DNA of 64,000 nucleotides from an uncultured Duganella sp. Its GTDB lineage: Bacteria > Pseudomonadota > Gammaproteobacteria > Burkholderiales > Burkholderiaceae_D. The DNA is taken from NCBI GenBank assembly GCA_963515135.1, contig CAUPXZ010000015.1, forward strand, positions 36,181 through 100,180, read 5' to 3'. The position numbers and the translations under genes are program-made. The stretch's first letter is position 1. Each line of letters opens with the position of its first letter. Positions 39,472-49,706 of this stretch are shown one piece after another. A model generated the notes under the pieces. It saw only the letters and a list, made by a program, of their open reading frames with translations. It had not been told where the DNA came from and did not search any database.

Positions 39472-40512
39472 ATGGAGAAAACCGTACTGAAGATCGGCGA
39501 ACTGGCCGCGCGTTCCGGCCTCACCGTGCGCGCACTGCACCACTATGACGACATCGGCCTGCTGACGCCGTCGGCACGCGCAGATTCCGGCTATCGCCTG
39601 TACCACCGCGACGACGTCGCGCGCCTGCACAAGATCCAGGCGCTGCGCAAGTTCGGCATGTCGCTGGCGGACATCGCCACCTTCCTCGCCAGCCCGGACG
39701 CGCCGTTTGCCGATGTGGTCTCGCAGCAGATCGCCGCGCTGGACCAGCAGATCAAGCAAGCCTCCACGCTGCGCGAGCAACTCGGCCGCCTGCAACAGCA
39801 AATGAGCGGCGACGGCGATCCGGCGCTGGAGGACTGGCTCGGCGCGCTGGAACACATGAAGCTCTATGAAGCGTACTTCACGCCCGAAGAACTGCGCCGC
39901 CTGCCCTTCTGGCAGCAGGACGCGCGCCGCAACGCCAAATGGCGCGCGATGACGGAGGAATTGAAATCGCTGATGGCGCGCGGCGTGCCCACCGACAGCG
40001 AAGCAGCGACCGCGCTGGCGCAGCGCTGGATGGAAACGCTGGAACAGGACACCGGCGCCAATCTCGCATTCGCGATGCGCATGACCGCCATGCTGCAACA
40101 GCAGAAAGACGCCGGCGAGAACTCGCCGATCAGCGACAAGGTGCGGCAGTATAGCTATCTCGGCGAGGCCTTCATGGCGCGCAAGATGGCCATCTACGCC
40201 AAGTACCTGAGCGCAGACGAAATGCAGCAACTGCGCGCCAACAGCCGCAAGCCGGCGCCCGAAGCCACCGCGCTTTACCTCAAGCTGCAACGCCAGATGG
40301 ACGATGGCGTGCCGCCGGAAGATCCGTCATCGCAGGTACTGGCGCGCGAATGGCAGCAGATGATGCGCAAGCGCGTCGGCGACAGCCCCGGTCTGCAAGC
40401 CCGCATCGATCTCGCGCACGACAACGAGCCGGAACTGCTGCGCGGCACCTGGCTCAGCGAAGCCACGGTCGCTTACGTCCGCAAAGCCGTGGCTGCTTGC
40501 GGGCTGGTTTGA
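39472..40512 (+). CDS. MerR-family regulator with tandem TipAS-like drug-binding domains (AlbA-like)
   Basis: IGELAARSGLTVRALHHYDDIGLL..SGYRLY. The duplicated C-terminal unit is GVPTDSEAATALAQRW / GVPPEDPSSQVLAREW. Confidence 0.85.
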   Translation: MEKTVLKIGELAARSGLTVRALHHYDDIGLLTPSARADSGYRLYHRDDVARLHKIQALRKFGMSLADIATFLASPDAPFADVVSQQIAALDQQIKQASTLREQLGRLQQQMSGDGDPALEDWLGALEHMKLYEAYFTPEELRRLPFWQQDARRNAKWRAMTEELKSLMARGVPTDSEAATALAQRWMETLEQDTGANLAFAMRMTAMLQQQKDAGENSPISDKVRQYSYLGEAFMARKMAIYAKYLSADEMQQLRANSRKPAPEATALYLKLQRQMDDGVPPEDPSSQVLAREWQQMMRKRVGDSPGLQARIDLAHDNEPELLRGTWLSEATVAYVRKAVAACGLV

Positions 40513-40558
40513 TCCGGCATAAAGTGAAAGCCTGATTCCCGCTCTACGATGGTGCCCT

Positions 40559-41026
40559 ATGGACGATCATCTCAACAACCTCTACGAAACCGATGCCCTG
40601 ATCTGGACCGACACCCAGATCGCCCTGCTACGCGCCGGAAAATTCGATCAGCTGGATGTGGAGAACATCATTTCCGAGCTGGGGTATCAAGTGCGAAAAG
40701 ACAAAAACGAGGTGGCCAGCCGGCTGCGCGGCTTGATCGCGCACCTGCTGAAATACCAGTTTCAGCCACAGCGGCGCTCACGCAGTTGGGTCAGGACCAT
40801 CCTTAACCATCGCATCGGAATTTTGGGCATTTTCAGTCAGATGCCCAGTCTGCGGCCGCAAATTGAAGAATATGTCGCGCATAACTATCCCAAGGCAGCG
40901 CGCGACGCAGCACGGGAAACCAAACTCCCATCATCCCTGTTCCCCGCAGAAAACCCCTACACCGTCGATCAAATCCTCGACGAAGATTTTTTCCCGGGCG
41001 AAAACGAAAAAGCCGTTGAACCTTAA
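40559..41026 (+). CDS. DUF29 family protein
   Basis: LYETDALIW, LD..NII.EL, LIAHLLKYQFQP, SW..TI, PSL and FP..NPYTVDQILD.DFFP. Confidence 0.85.
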   Translation: MDDHLNNLYETDALIWTDTQIALLRAGKFDQLDVENIISELGYQVRKDKNEVASRLRGLIAHLLKYQFQPQRRSRSWVRTILNHRIGILGIFSQMPSLRPQIEEYVAHNYPKAARDAARETKLPSSLFPAENPYTVDQILDEDFFPGENEKAVEP

Positions 41027-41043
41027 CGGTATCAACGGCTTTT
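41007..41043. terminator. Bidirectional terminator between DUF29 and the tRNA
   Basis: aaaaagccgttga...tcaacggctttt. Confidence 0.8.
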
Positions 41044-41049
41044 AATGTT

Positions 41050-41126
41050 TGGTTGCGGGGACAGGATTTGAACCTGTGACCTTCGGGTTATGAGCCCGAC
41101 GAGCTGCCAGACTGCTCCACCCCGCG
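41050..41126 (-). tRNA. tRNA-fMet (CAT), initiator
   Basis: cgcggggtggagcagtctggcagctcgtcgggctCATaacccgaaggtcacaggttcaaatcctgtccccgcaacca. C1:A72 mismatch, GGG/CCC anticodon stem and encoded CCA. Confidence 0.97.
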
Positions 41127-41137
41127 TCTGTGCCGTT

Positions 41138-41166
41138 ATTATAGGGCAAAACCCTCGCTTAGGCAA
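41138..41166 (-). promoter_or_regulatory. Sigma70 promoter of tRNA-fMet
   Basis: TTGCCT-N17-TATAAT on the minus strand, 11 nt upstream of the tRNA. Confidence 0.85.
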
Positions 41167-41285
41167 TATCAATCCTAAAAACAAGTGCGATAGATCGAAT
41201 AAATGCCAAGTCAGCGTCGCCGCACGCCTGCCGCGCAGGCGGCAATCGGTGTAAAGTAAGCATAAACCGACCTGACTACTTGTTT

Positions 41286-41870
41286 ATGAAATACTGTTCC
41301 GAATGCGCCTCTCCCGTCAGCCTCAGCATTCCGGCTGGCGATAACCGTCCCCGCTATGTGTGCGCCAACTGCGCCGCCATCCATTACCAGAACCCGAAAA
41401 TGGTGCTGGGCTCGATCCCGGTATGGGAGAGCGACGGCGAGCTGAAGGTGCTGCTGTGCAAGCGCGCGATCGAACCGCGCTACGGTTATTGGACGCTGCC
41501 GGCCGGCTTCATGGAAAACAATGAAACCACCGCCGAAGCCGCGATGCGCGAGACCGAGGAAGAGGCTGGCGCCAATATCCAGCTTGGCAATCTGTTCACG
41601 CTGCTCAACGTGGCTCATGTGCACCAGGTACACATGTTCTACCTGGCCGAACTGATCGACCTCGACTTCCAGCCCGGCGAGGAAAGCCTGGAAGTGCAAC
41701 TGTTCAGCGAAAAGGACATCCCATGGGACGACCTGGCTTTCCCCACCATCCGCACCACGCTGGAACTGTTCTTCGCCGACCGCATCAAAATCCGTGAGGG
41801 CGGCAGCTACGGCTTCCACACGCAGGACATCACGCGCGCGATGCGCGCCGACATCGAACCGACCACGTGA
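41286..41870 (+). CDS. Nudix hydrolase with N-terminal Zn ribbon
   Basis: YCSEC...CANC..HYQNP and Nudix box [18 protein letters not shown]. Confidence 0.9.
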   Translation: MKYCSECASPVSLSIPAGDNRPRYVCANCAAIHYQNPKMVLGSIPVWESDGELKVLLCKRAIEPRYGYWTLPAGFMENNETTAEAAMRETEEEAGANIQLGNLFTLLNVAHVHQVHMFYLAELIDLDFQPGEESLEVQLFSEKDIPWDDLAFPTIRTTLELFFADRIKIREGGSYGFHTQDITRAMRADIEPTT

Positions 41871-41880
41871 CGCATCACCT

Positions 41881-42609
41881 ATGATACCGTGGCTCGACAC
41901 CCACACGCCGTTCCCCGACGTCGCCACCGCATTGACGACGGAAGCGCCCGGCCTGCTGGCGGCCGGCGCCGACCTGTCGCCGCAGCGTTTGCTGATGGCC
42001 TACCAGCACGGCATCTTCCCGTGGTTCTCCGAAGGTCAGCCGATCCTGTGGTGGAGCACCGACCCGCGCATGGTGCTGATGACGGACCAGTTCCGCATCT
42101 CCGATTCATTAAAGAAAACCTTGCGCAAAGTCCAACGCAGCATCGACCAGGGCGGCCGCTGGCAAGTGCGTTTCGACAGCGCTTTCGAGCAAGTGATGCG
42201 CGCCTGTGCCGCGCCGCGCCGCGACGGTCCCGGCACCTGGATTTCGGCAGAGATCATCGCCGGCTACAGCGGCCTGCACCGGATGGGCTACGCCCACTCG
42301 GCCGAGCTGTGGCTGGATGGCGAACTGGTCGGCGGCGCCTACGGCGTCAGCATCGGCCGCATGTTCTACGGCGAATCGATGTTTGCGCGTGTCACCGATG
42401 GTTCCAAGATCGCGCTGGCCTACCTGGTGCGCTTCCTGCGCCGGCACGGCGTGCAGATGATCGATTGTCAACAGGAAACCGGCCACCTGGCCTCGCTGGG
42501 CGCGGCGCCGATCCCGCGCGCGCAATTCCTGGCGCATCTGCGCAACAATATTGAATTGCCTCAGATCACCGTATGGGAACCGATTGCACCACTCGCTCCA
42601 GACAGTTAA
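41881..42609 (+). CDS. aat: Leucyl/phenylalanyl-tRNA--protein transferase
   Basis: [35 protein letters not shown] and IDCQQ. Confidence 0.94.
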   Translation: MIPWLDTHTPFPDVATALTTEAPGLLAAGADLSPQRLLMAYQHGIFPWFSEGQPILWWSTDPRMVLMTDQFRISDSLKKTLRKVQRSIDQGGRWQVRFDSAFEQVMRACAAPRRDGPGTWISAEIIAGYSGLHRMGYAHSAELWLDGELVGGAYGVSIGRMFYGESMFARVTDGSKIALAYLVRFLRRHGVQMIDCQQETGHLASLGAAPIPRAQFLAHLRNNIELPQITVWEPIAPLAPDS

Positions 42610-42647
42610 GCTAACATAGAGACTCAACCCAAGCCGATAGGACGTGC

Positions 42648-43376
42648 ATGACGTACCTGAACGACCTGCCCTTCGCGACGCTGCAGTTTTACACCACGGC
42701 GCCCTACCCTTGCAGCTATCTGGACGCGCGCCAGGCGCGCTCGCAGGTGGCCACGCCTTCGCACCTGATCAACGCCGATGTCTACTCGGAGCTGGTCAAG
42801 AACGGTTTCCGCCGCAGCGGCATCTTTACCTACCGTCCCTATTGCGACGGCTGCCAGGCCTGCATCCCGGTGCGGGTGGTCACCGACGAGTTCAAGCCCA
42901 ACCGTACCCAGCGCCGCGCCTGGATGAAGCATGGCGACCTGCGCGCCGGCGTCGCCACGCTGTCGTTCTCCGACGAGCATTACGACCTCTATCTGCGCTA
43001 CCAGAGCAAGCGCCACGCCGGCGGAGGCATGGACCAGGACAGCCGCGACCAGTACGCGCAGTTCCTGCTGCAAAGCCGGGTCAACACGCGGCTGGTGGAA
43101 TTCCGTGAGCCGGGCGGCACGCTGCGCATGGTCAGCATCATCGACGTGCTGTCGGACGGGCTGTCGTCGGTGTACACCTTCTTCGATCCCGACATGGAGA
43201 ACGCCTCCTACGGCACCTTCAACGTGCTGTGGCAAATCGAACAAGCCCGCGAACTGAAGCTGCCGTATGTGTATCTGGGCTACTGGATCAAGGAAAGCCC
43301 GAAAATGTCCTACAAAACCAACTTCAAACCGCTGGAAGCGCGGGTAAAAGGCATGTGGAGCGTGCTGGACGCCTGA
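42648..43376 (+). CDS. bpt: ATE-like Asp/Glu leucyltransferase (Bpt)
   Basis: [37 protein letters not shown] and KMSYK. Confidence 0.9.
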   Translation: MTYLNDLPFATLQFYTTAPYPCSYLDARQARSQVATPSHLINADVYSELVKNGFRRSGIFTYRPYCDGCQACIPVRVVTDEFKPNRTQRRAWMKHGDLRAGVATLSFSDEHYDLYLRYQSKRHAGGGMDQDSRDQYAQFLLQSRVNTRLVEFREPGGTLRMVSIIDVLSDGLSSVYTFFDPDMENASYGTFNVLWQIEQARELKLPYVYLGYWIKESPKMSYKTNFKPLEARVKGMWSVLDA

Positions 43377-43412
43377 TAAAATACGGGCGAATTACACACC
43401 ATACGCCCGCCC

Positions 43413-44450
43413 ATGTCCAAATTCCTGTATTCCCTGGCCCGTCCGATGCTGTTCTCGATGGACGCAGAAGACGCCCACCACTTCACCCTCCCCGCACTGA
43501 AGCGCGCCGCCGCGCTGGGCCTGACCAAAATGGTGGCCCAACCCAAGGCCGATCCGCGCACCGTGATGGGCATCACCTTCAAGAACCCGGTCGGCCTGGC
43601 CGCCGGCCTGGACAAGGACGGCGCCTACATCGACGCGCTGGCCGACCTCGGCTTCGGCTCGATCGAAGTCGGCACCGTGACGCCGCGCGCACAGGCCGGC
43701 AATCCGAAGCCGCGCATGTTCCGCCTGCCGGAAGCGCACGCCATCATCAACCGCATGGGCTTCAATAACGGCGGCGTCGACGCCTTTGTGGCCAATGTGC
43801 AGGCGTCGCGCTTCTACCAGAACAAGGAAGGCGTGCTGGGCCTGAACATCGGCAAGAACGCCGCCACGCCGATCGAAAACGCCACCGACGATTACCTGCA
43901 CTGCCTGGAGAAGGTCTATCCCTACGCCAGCTACGTCACCGTCAACATCTCGTCGCCCAACACCAAGAACCTGCGCCAGCTGCAAGGGGGGTCGGAACTG
44001 GACGGCCTGCTGAGCACACTGAAGGACGCCCAGTTGCGCCTGGCCGACCAGCACCAGCGCTACGTGCCGCTGGCGCTGAAGATCGCGCCGGACATGGACG
44101 GCGACCAGGTCAAGAACATTGCCGACGCGCTGATCCGCCACAAGATCGACGGCGTCATCGCCACCAACACCACGCTGAACCGCGACGCCGTCACCGGCAT
44201 GCTGCATGGCGCCGAAGCGGGCGGCCTGTCGGGCGCGCCGGTGTTCCAGTTCTCGAATACTGTGATCCGTTTGCTCAAGGCCGAACTGGGCGACGCGCTG
44301 CCGATCATCGGCGTCGGCGGCATCATACAAGGCACGGATGCGAAGGTCAAAATGCAATGCGGCGCGCAGCTGGTGCAGCTGTACAGCGGCCTGATCTACG
44401 CCGGTCCGGCGCTGATCAAGGATTGCGCCGACGCCTTGCGCGGCCACTAA
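43413..44450 (+). CDS. pyrD: Quinone-dependent dihydroorotate dehydrogenase
   Basis: [28 protein letters not shown] and GGLSG. Confidence 0.97.
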   Translation: MSKFLYSLARPMLFSMDAEDAHHFTLPALKRAAALGLTKMVAQPKADPRTVMGITFKNPVGLAAGLDKDGAYIDALADLGFGSIEVGTVTPRAQAGNPKPRMFRLPEAHAIINRMGFNNGGVDAFVANVQASRFYQNKEGVLGLNIGKNAATPIENATDDYLHCLEKVYPYASYVTVNISSPNTKNLRQLQGGSELDGLLSTLKDAQLRLADQHQRYVPLALKIAPDMDGDQVKNIADALIRHKIDGVIATNTTLNRDAVTGMLHGAEAGGLSGAPVFQFSNTVIRLLKAELGDALPIIGVGGIIQGTDAKVKMQCGAQLVQLYSGLIYAGPALIKDCADALRGH

Positions 44451-44462
44451 GCGGAGTTCGGC

Positions 44463-45512
44463 ATGGAAAAGGTACAACTGGGCACCAGCCACCTGAACGT
44501 CAGCAAGATCTGTCTCGGCACGATGACCTGGGGCGAGCAGAACACCGAAGCGGAAGCCCATGCCCAGCTCGATTACGCGATCGAACGCGGCATCAACTTC
44601 ATCGACACAGCGGAAATGTACCCGGTGATGACGCGCGCGGAAACGCAGGGCGCGACCGAACGCTACATCGGCACCTGGCTGAAGAAAACCGGCCGGCGCG
44701 ACCAGGTGGTGCTGGCCACCAAGGCCGCCGGTCCCAACTCGGCGATCGGCTGGATACGCGGCGGCCGCGCGCGCAATTTCGACGCCGCCAACCTGAAGGC
44801 GGCGGTGGACAGCAGCCTGAAGCGGCTGCAAACCGAACATATCGATTTATACCAATTGCACTGGCCCAGCCGCAACGTGCCTGTGTTCGGCAACAACGTC
44901 TTCAATCCCAAGCACGAGCGCAACAGCGTGCCGATCGAGGAAACGCTGGCGGCGCTGGAAGACCTGGTCAAGGCCGGCAAGATCGGCGCGATCGGCGTGT
45001 CGAACGAATCGTGCTGGGGCGTGAACGAATTCATCAAGCGGTCCGAGATGAAAAGCCTGCCGCGCATCGCCAGCATCCAGAACCTGTACAACCTGACCGC
45101 GCGCCATTACGAAACCAGCTTGCTGGACGAGACCTGCTACCGCGAAAACGTCAGTCTGCTGGCTTACAGCCCGCTCGCCTTCGGCCAGCTGACCGGCAAA
45201 TACATCGACGATCCGACGGCGCACGGCCGCCTGACCATCTTCCCGTCGAACTGGAGTCCGCGCTACGTGCGTCCGGCCACGGTAGCGGCGGCAACGCGCT
45301 ACGCCCAGCTGGCGCGCGACAACGGCCTGACGCCAACCCAACTGGCGCTGGCCTGGTGTTATTCGCGCTGGTTCGTGGCCTCCACCATCATCGGCGCCAC
45401 CAATCTGGACCAGCTCAAGCACAATATCGATGCCTACGCCATCCAGCTACCGCTGGACCTGATCAAGCAAGTGGACCAGATCCACGCCGAAATCACCAAC
45501 CCTGGTCAATAG
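44463..45512 (+). CDS. tas: Aldo/keto reductase, Tas-like
   Basis: LGTMTWGEQN, DTAEMYP, DLYQLHWP, GVSNE and AYSPL. Confidence 0.85.
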   Translation: MEKVQLGTSHLNVSKICLGTMTWGEQNTEAEAHAQLDYAIERGINFIDTAEMYPVMTRAETQGATERYIGTWLKKTGRRDQVVLATKAAGPNSAIGWIRGGRARNFDAANLKAAVDSSLKRLQTEHIDLYQLHWPSRNVPVFGNNVFNPKHERNSVPIEETLAALEDLVKAGKIGAIGVSNESCWGVNEFIKRSEMKSLPRIASIQNLYNLTARHYETSLLDETCYRENVSLLAYSPLAFGQLTGKYIDDPTAHGRLTIFPSNWSPRYVRPATVAAATRYAQLARDNGLTPTQLALAWCYSRWFVASTIIGATNLDQLKHNIDAYAIQLPLDLIKQVDQIHAEITNPGQ

Positions 45513-45621
45513 CAAGACGACACTATATCTAAAACTTGAATATCATTAGTCATAACGATTAGTGGGCAGTATAAGCGCCCACTGATATGCTTTTTACTAT
45601 TCATACTTTCAAGAGACAACG

Positions 45622-47976
45622 ATGTTACGTCCACTGCTGCTGACCAGCCTGATTTCCTCCATTGTCCTTCCCGCTTTCGCCCAGGAGCAACCTGTCGACG
45701 GGGAACTGCAATCCATCGTTGTCACCGGCACCTATGCCAAGAACCGCCGTACCATCGATACCGAATCGCCGGTCGATATCATCGGCGCGCGCGAGCTGCA
45801 GGCCAGCGGCTCGACCGAGCTGGCCACCGTGCTGGGCCGCGTGCTGCCGTCGCTGAATTTCCCGCGCCCGTCCGGCGCCGATGCGTCCGACGCGGTGCGC
45901 CCGGCGCAACTGCGCGGCCTGTCGCCGGATCAGGTGCTGGTGCTGGTCAATGGCAAGCGCCGTCATGCGTCGTCGGTGGTCAACGTCAATGGCACGCAGG
46001 GGCGCGGCTCGGCGCCGGTCGATCTGAATGCAATTCCGCTGTCGGCCATCGACCACATCGAGGTGCTGCGCGATGGCGCGGCGGCGCAGTACGGCTCCGA
46101 TGCGATTGCCGGCGTCATCAACATCATCCTGAAAAAAGGCGCCAACGGCGGGGATGCCGAGATCGGCTTCGGCGAATACCAGGAGCGCGACGGCAAGCAA
46201 GTGTCGGTACGCGGCTCCACCGGCTTCAGCCTCGGTGATGACGGCTGGGTACGCATCGCGGTTGACGCAGCCGACCGCGATCCGACCAACCGCGCCGGCG
46301 CCGACTTCCGCAATCCGGCCGAGCCGCGCTACGGCAAGGTCAACCAGCGCTTCGGCGATCCGGAAACCAAGCCGCGCGCGCTGTTCGTCAACAGCCAGTA
46401 CCGTGTGACCGATGATATCGACTGGTACGCCTTCGCCAACTACGGCCAGCGCGAGACCTCGGCAGCGGCCACCTGGCGTACCGCGCTGAACGGCACCGCG
46501 CAGCGCACGCCGCTGTTCCCGGAAGGCTTCCTGCCGCTGCAAAACAGCAAGTCGACCGACACTTCGTTCGTCACCGGCCTGCGCGGCGAGGCGACCGGCT
46601 GGCGCTGGGACCTGAGCGCCAACTACGGCAGCAATGAATTCAAGCTGGACCTGGACAACACCGTCAATCAGGACTTGGGCGCCAATAGCCCGACCCACTT
46701 CTACGCCGGCAAGCTGAAAAACACGCAAGCGCTGCTGAACTTCGATGTGGCCAAGGAGTTCCCGATCGACGGCTTCAGCGGCCCGCTGACGGTGGCGCTG
46801 GGCGCCGAGTACCGCCACGAAAAGTATGAGATCGGTGCCGGCGATCTGGCGTCGTACACCGGCAGCGGTGCGCAGGGCTTCTCCGGTTTCCGTCCGGTCA
46901 ACGCCGGCAGCAACAGCCGTCACAACGAATCGATCTACGCCAACTTCGAGGCGGAGATCACCAAGCAGTTCTCGGCCTCGGCCGCCGTGCGTCACGAGCG
47001 CTACAGCGACTTCGGCAACACCACCTCGGCCAAGGCATCGACCCGTTACGCCTTCAACGAGGCGGTATCGCTGCGCGCGACGGCCTCTTCCGGCTTCCGC
47101 GCGCCGTCGCTGGCGCAACAGTTCTACACCATCACCACCACTAATTTCTCGGTGGTCAACGGCGTCAACACACCGATCGAGACCGGCACCTTCGCGGTCG
47201 GCAGCGCCGCCGCCGCCGCGCTGGGGGCGACGCCGCTGAAGGCCGAGAAAGCCCGCAACTACAGCCTCGGCCTCCAATTGCAGCCGACCCGCAACTGGAC
47301 CGCCTCGATCGATGCCTACCGTATCGACATCGACGACCGCATCGCGCTGTCGGCCAATATGACCCTGAACACCGCGCTGCGCAACACGCTGGCCAGCCAG
47401 GGCATTCTGGTGGGCGCCGGCCGCTACTTCACCAACGCCATCGACACCCGCACCACCGGCGTCGATATCCTGAACACCTATCGTTTGGATACGCGCAACG
47501 CCGGCCGCTTCGACTTCACCGCCGCCTACAACCACAACAAGACTTCACTGGAGCATGTGAATGCCAACCCGGCGGTGCTGACCGCCAACGGCCTGACCTT
47601 GATCGACCGCCAGACCATCAACCGCAACACGGTCGGCTCGCCGAAGGACAAGTTCAGCCTGGCGACCGACTGGTCGCTGGCGGACTTTGGCGCACGCGCC
47701 GTGGTCACGCGCTACGGCAGCTTCACCGTGCCGCAGAACAGCGCGACACTGGATCAGACCTACGATCCGCAATGGGTATTGGACCTGTCGGCCAGCGTCA
47801 AGCTGGGCAAAAACTGGCGCCTGACGGTGGGCATCGACAACGCGACCGACCGTTATCCGGACCAGGTCACGTCGGCCGGCAACCTGAACACCAACGGCAT
47901 CTACCCGTACAGCGGCTGGGCGCCGAACGGCTTCAACGGCCGCTACTACTACGCCAAGGCCGGCTTCAGCTGGTAA
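45622..47976 (+). CDS. TonB-dependent outer-membrane receptor
   Basis: Signal peptide, TonB-box-like SIVVTG, plug IEVLRDGAAAQYGSDAIAGVINI, GFRAPSL and C-terminal W. Confidence 0.93.
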   Translation: MLRPLLLTSLISSIVLPAFAQEQPVDGELQSIVVTGTYAKNRRTIDTESPVDIIGARELQASGSTELATVLGRVLPSLNFPRPSGADASDAVRPAQLRGLSPDQVLVLVNGKRRHASSVVNVNGTQGRGSAPVDLNAIPLSAIDHIEVLRDGAAAQYGSDAIAGVINIILKKGANGGDAEIGFGEYQERDGKQVSVRGSTGFSLGDDGWVRIAVDAADRDPTNRAGADFRNPAEPRYGKVNQRFGDPETKPRALFVNSQYRVTDDIDWYAFANYGQRETSAAATWRTALNGTAQRTPLFPEGFLPLQNSKSTDTSFVTGLRGEATGWRWDLSANYGSNEFKLDLDNTVNQDLGANSPTHFYAGKLKNTQALLNFDVAKEFPIDGFSGPLTVALGAEYRHEKYEIGAGDLASYTGSGAQGFSGFRPVNAGSNSRHNESIYANFEAEITKQFSASAAVRHERYSDFGNTTSAKASTRYAFNEAVSLRATASSGFRAPSLAQQFYTITTTNFSVVNGVNTPIETGTFAVGSAAAAALGATPLKAEKARNYSLGLQLQPTRNWTASIDAYRIDIDDRIALSANMTLNTALRNTLASQGILVGAGRYFTNAIDTRTTGVDILNTYRLDTRNAGRFDFTAAYNHNKTSLEHVNANPAVLTANGLTLIDRQTINRNTVGSPKDKFSLATDWSLADFGARAVVTRYGSFTVPQNSATLDQTYDPQWVLDLSASVKLGKNWRLTVGIDNATDRYPDQVTSAGNLNTNGIYPYSGWAPNGFNGRYYYAKAGFSW

Positions 47977-47979
47977 GCA

Positions 47980-49590
47980 TCACGCCGCCGTCAGCCGGCG
48001 CGCCACTGCGCGCGCTGGCACTGACGGCGGCCCGCCCGCAAGTTTGAACACACTGACCGCCTGCGCCAGCAAGTCCGCCTGATCGCGCATGCTCTGGGCG
48101 GCGGCGGCGGCCTGCTCGACCAGTGCAGCATTCTGCTGCGTCACGTCGTCAATCGACACAATCGCCTGATTCACCTGCTCGATGCCGGTGCTCTGCTCGC
48201 TGCTGGCGGCGCTGATCTGGTGCATGATCTCCGCCACCTGCCGCACCGATTGCACGATGCTCTGCATGGTGCTGCCCGCCTGATCCACCAGCGCCGAACC
48301 GGCATCCACCGTCTCCACCGAGCGCCCAATCAATTCCTTGATCTCCTTGGCCGCCGACGCCGAACGCTGCGCCAGGTTGCGGACCTCCGATGCCACCACC
48401 GCAAAGCCCCGGCCCTGCTCGCCGGCGCGCGCCGCTTCCACCGCCGCGTTCAACGCCAGAATATTGGTCTGGAACGCAATCCCGTCAATCACGCTGATGA
48501 TGTCGACAATCTTGCTGGAACTCTCCTTGATCGCGCCCATGGTGCTCACCACCTCGCCCACCACCTGGCCACCCTTGGTGGCGTAATCCGAAGCGGCCAC
48601 CACCAGCCTGGTGGCCTGCCGTGCATTCTCCGCATTTTGCGACACGGTCGAGGTCAGCTCTTCCATCGACGAGGCCGTCTCCTCCAGACTGGACGCCTGC
48701 TGCTCCGTGCGCGACGACAAATCCATATTGCCACTGGCAATCTCATTCGACGCCGTGGTGATGGTATCCGTGCCCGAGCGCACCTGGCCCACCGTGCGCG
48801 CCAGCGACGCGTTCATGTCGATCAGCGCGCGCAGCAACTGGCCGGTCTCATCGGTGGTAGTGCATTCCATGCGCATGGTCAGGTCGCCGCCGGCCACCGC
48901 CTGCGCCATATCCACCGCGCGGTTCAGCGGCCGCGTAATGCTGCGCGTAATCACCAGCAACACCCACGCCGCCAATGCGGCCGCCACCACCGTCAGTACA
49001 ATCATCGTGTTGCGCGAACTGCTGTACGACTGCTCGGCCACCGCCGACGTCGCCTCGATTGCCGCACTTTGATATTTGACCAGCTCGGTCAGCGCGTTCA
49101 GGTAAGCCGTCTGTTCCTTGCGCACTGTGGACAGCAGATACTTGACCGACTCGTCGCGCCGGCTCTGATCGGGCGACATCCTAAGGAACTCGCTTTGCAC
49201 CACCGAGTATTTTTCGCGTGCGTCCAGTACCGCCTGCAACTTGGCCTTGCTTTGCGGATCATCGTCATCGGCAATCAGCCTGCCCAGCTTGTCGAGGCGC
49301 TCGCCATTTTCCACGCGCCGTTTCTCCACCCGCTCCAGCTCGGTTTTGACCACTGCCGGATCGGTCGACAGCATCGCATTACGCATGGCCCTGGCGACGT
49401 CGTTCAGACCGCCTATTGTTTCATAAGCCAGTATGACCTTGGGCACTTTGTCGATCGCCAAGTCCTTGGTGTTGTCGTTCAAGCGGCCGAGCTTGGCGAT
49501 ACCCTCGACGGAAATGCCGATCATGAAGATGATGGCGACGCCCAGGCCGGCCGCCAGGCGGTAGCCGATTTTCCAATTACCGAAACTCAT
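47980..49590 (-). CDS. Methyl-accepting chemotaxis protein (4HB sensor, HAMP)
   Basis: Two TM helices and [34 protein letters not shown]. Confidence 0.95.
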   Translation of the reverse strand: MSFGNWKIGYRLAAGLGVAIIFMIGISVEGIAKLGRLNDNTKDLAIDKVPKVILAYETIGGLNDVARAMRNAMLSTDPAVVKTELERVEKRRVENGERLDKLGRLIADDDDPQSKAKLQAVLDAREKYSVVQSEFLRMSPDQSRRDESVKYLLSTVRKEQTAYLNALTELVKYQSAAIEATSAVAEQSYSSSRNTMIVLTVVAAALAAWVLLVITRSITRPLNRAVDMAQAVAGGDLTMRMECTTTDETGQLLRALIDMNASLARTVGQVRSGTDTITTASNEIASGNMDLSSRTEQQASSLEETASSMEELTSTVSQNAENARQATRLVVAASDYATKGGQVVGEVVSTMGAIKESSSKIVDIISVIDGIAFQTNILALNAAVEAARAGEQGRGFAVVASEVRNLAQRSASAAKEIKELIGRSVETVDAGSALVDQAGSTMQSIVQSVRQVAEIMHQISAASSEQSTGIEQVNQAIVSIDDVTQQNAALVEQAAAAAQSMRDQADLLAQAVSVFKLAGGPPSVPARAVARRLTAA

Positions 49591-49706
49591 CACGCGCTCC
49601 CCGGTGTTGGTTGCAGGGATTCAGTATATGGTTATTTCGATACGAAAATGGGAGAAATTGCGGGACTGTTATGCCGCCGCCACAATCATGTAGCGGCGGC
49701 AAGGGA

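Noticed and set aside
49608..49620. ttggttgcaggga resembling the tRNA-fMet 3' end (possible att site)
   Set aside because: Short, mismatched, on the wrong side of the tRNA, and no integrase is present.
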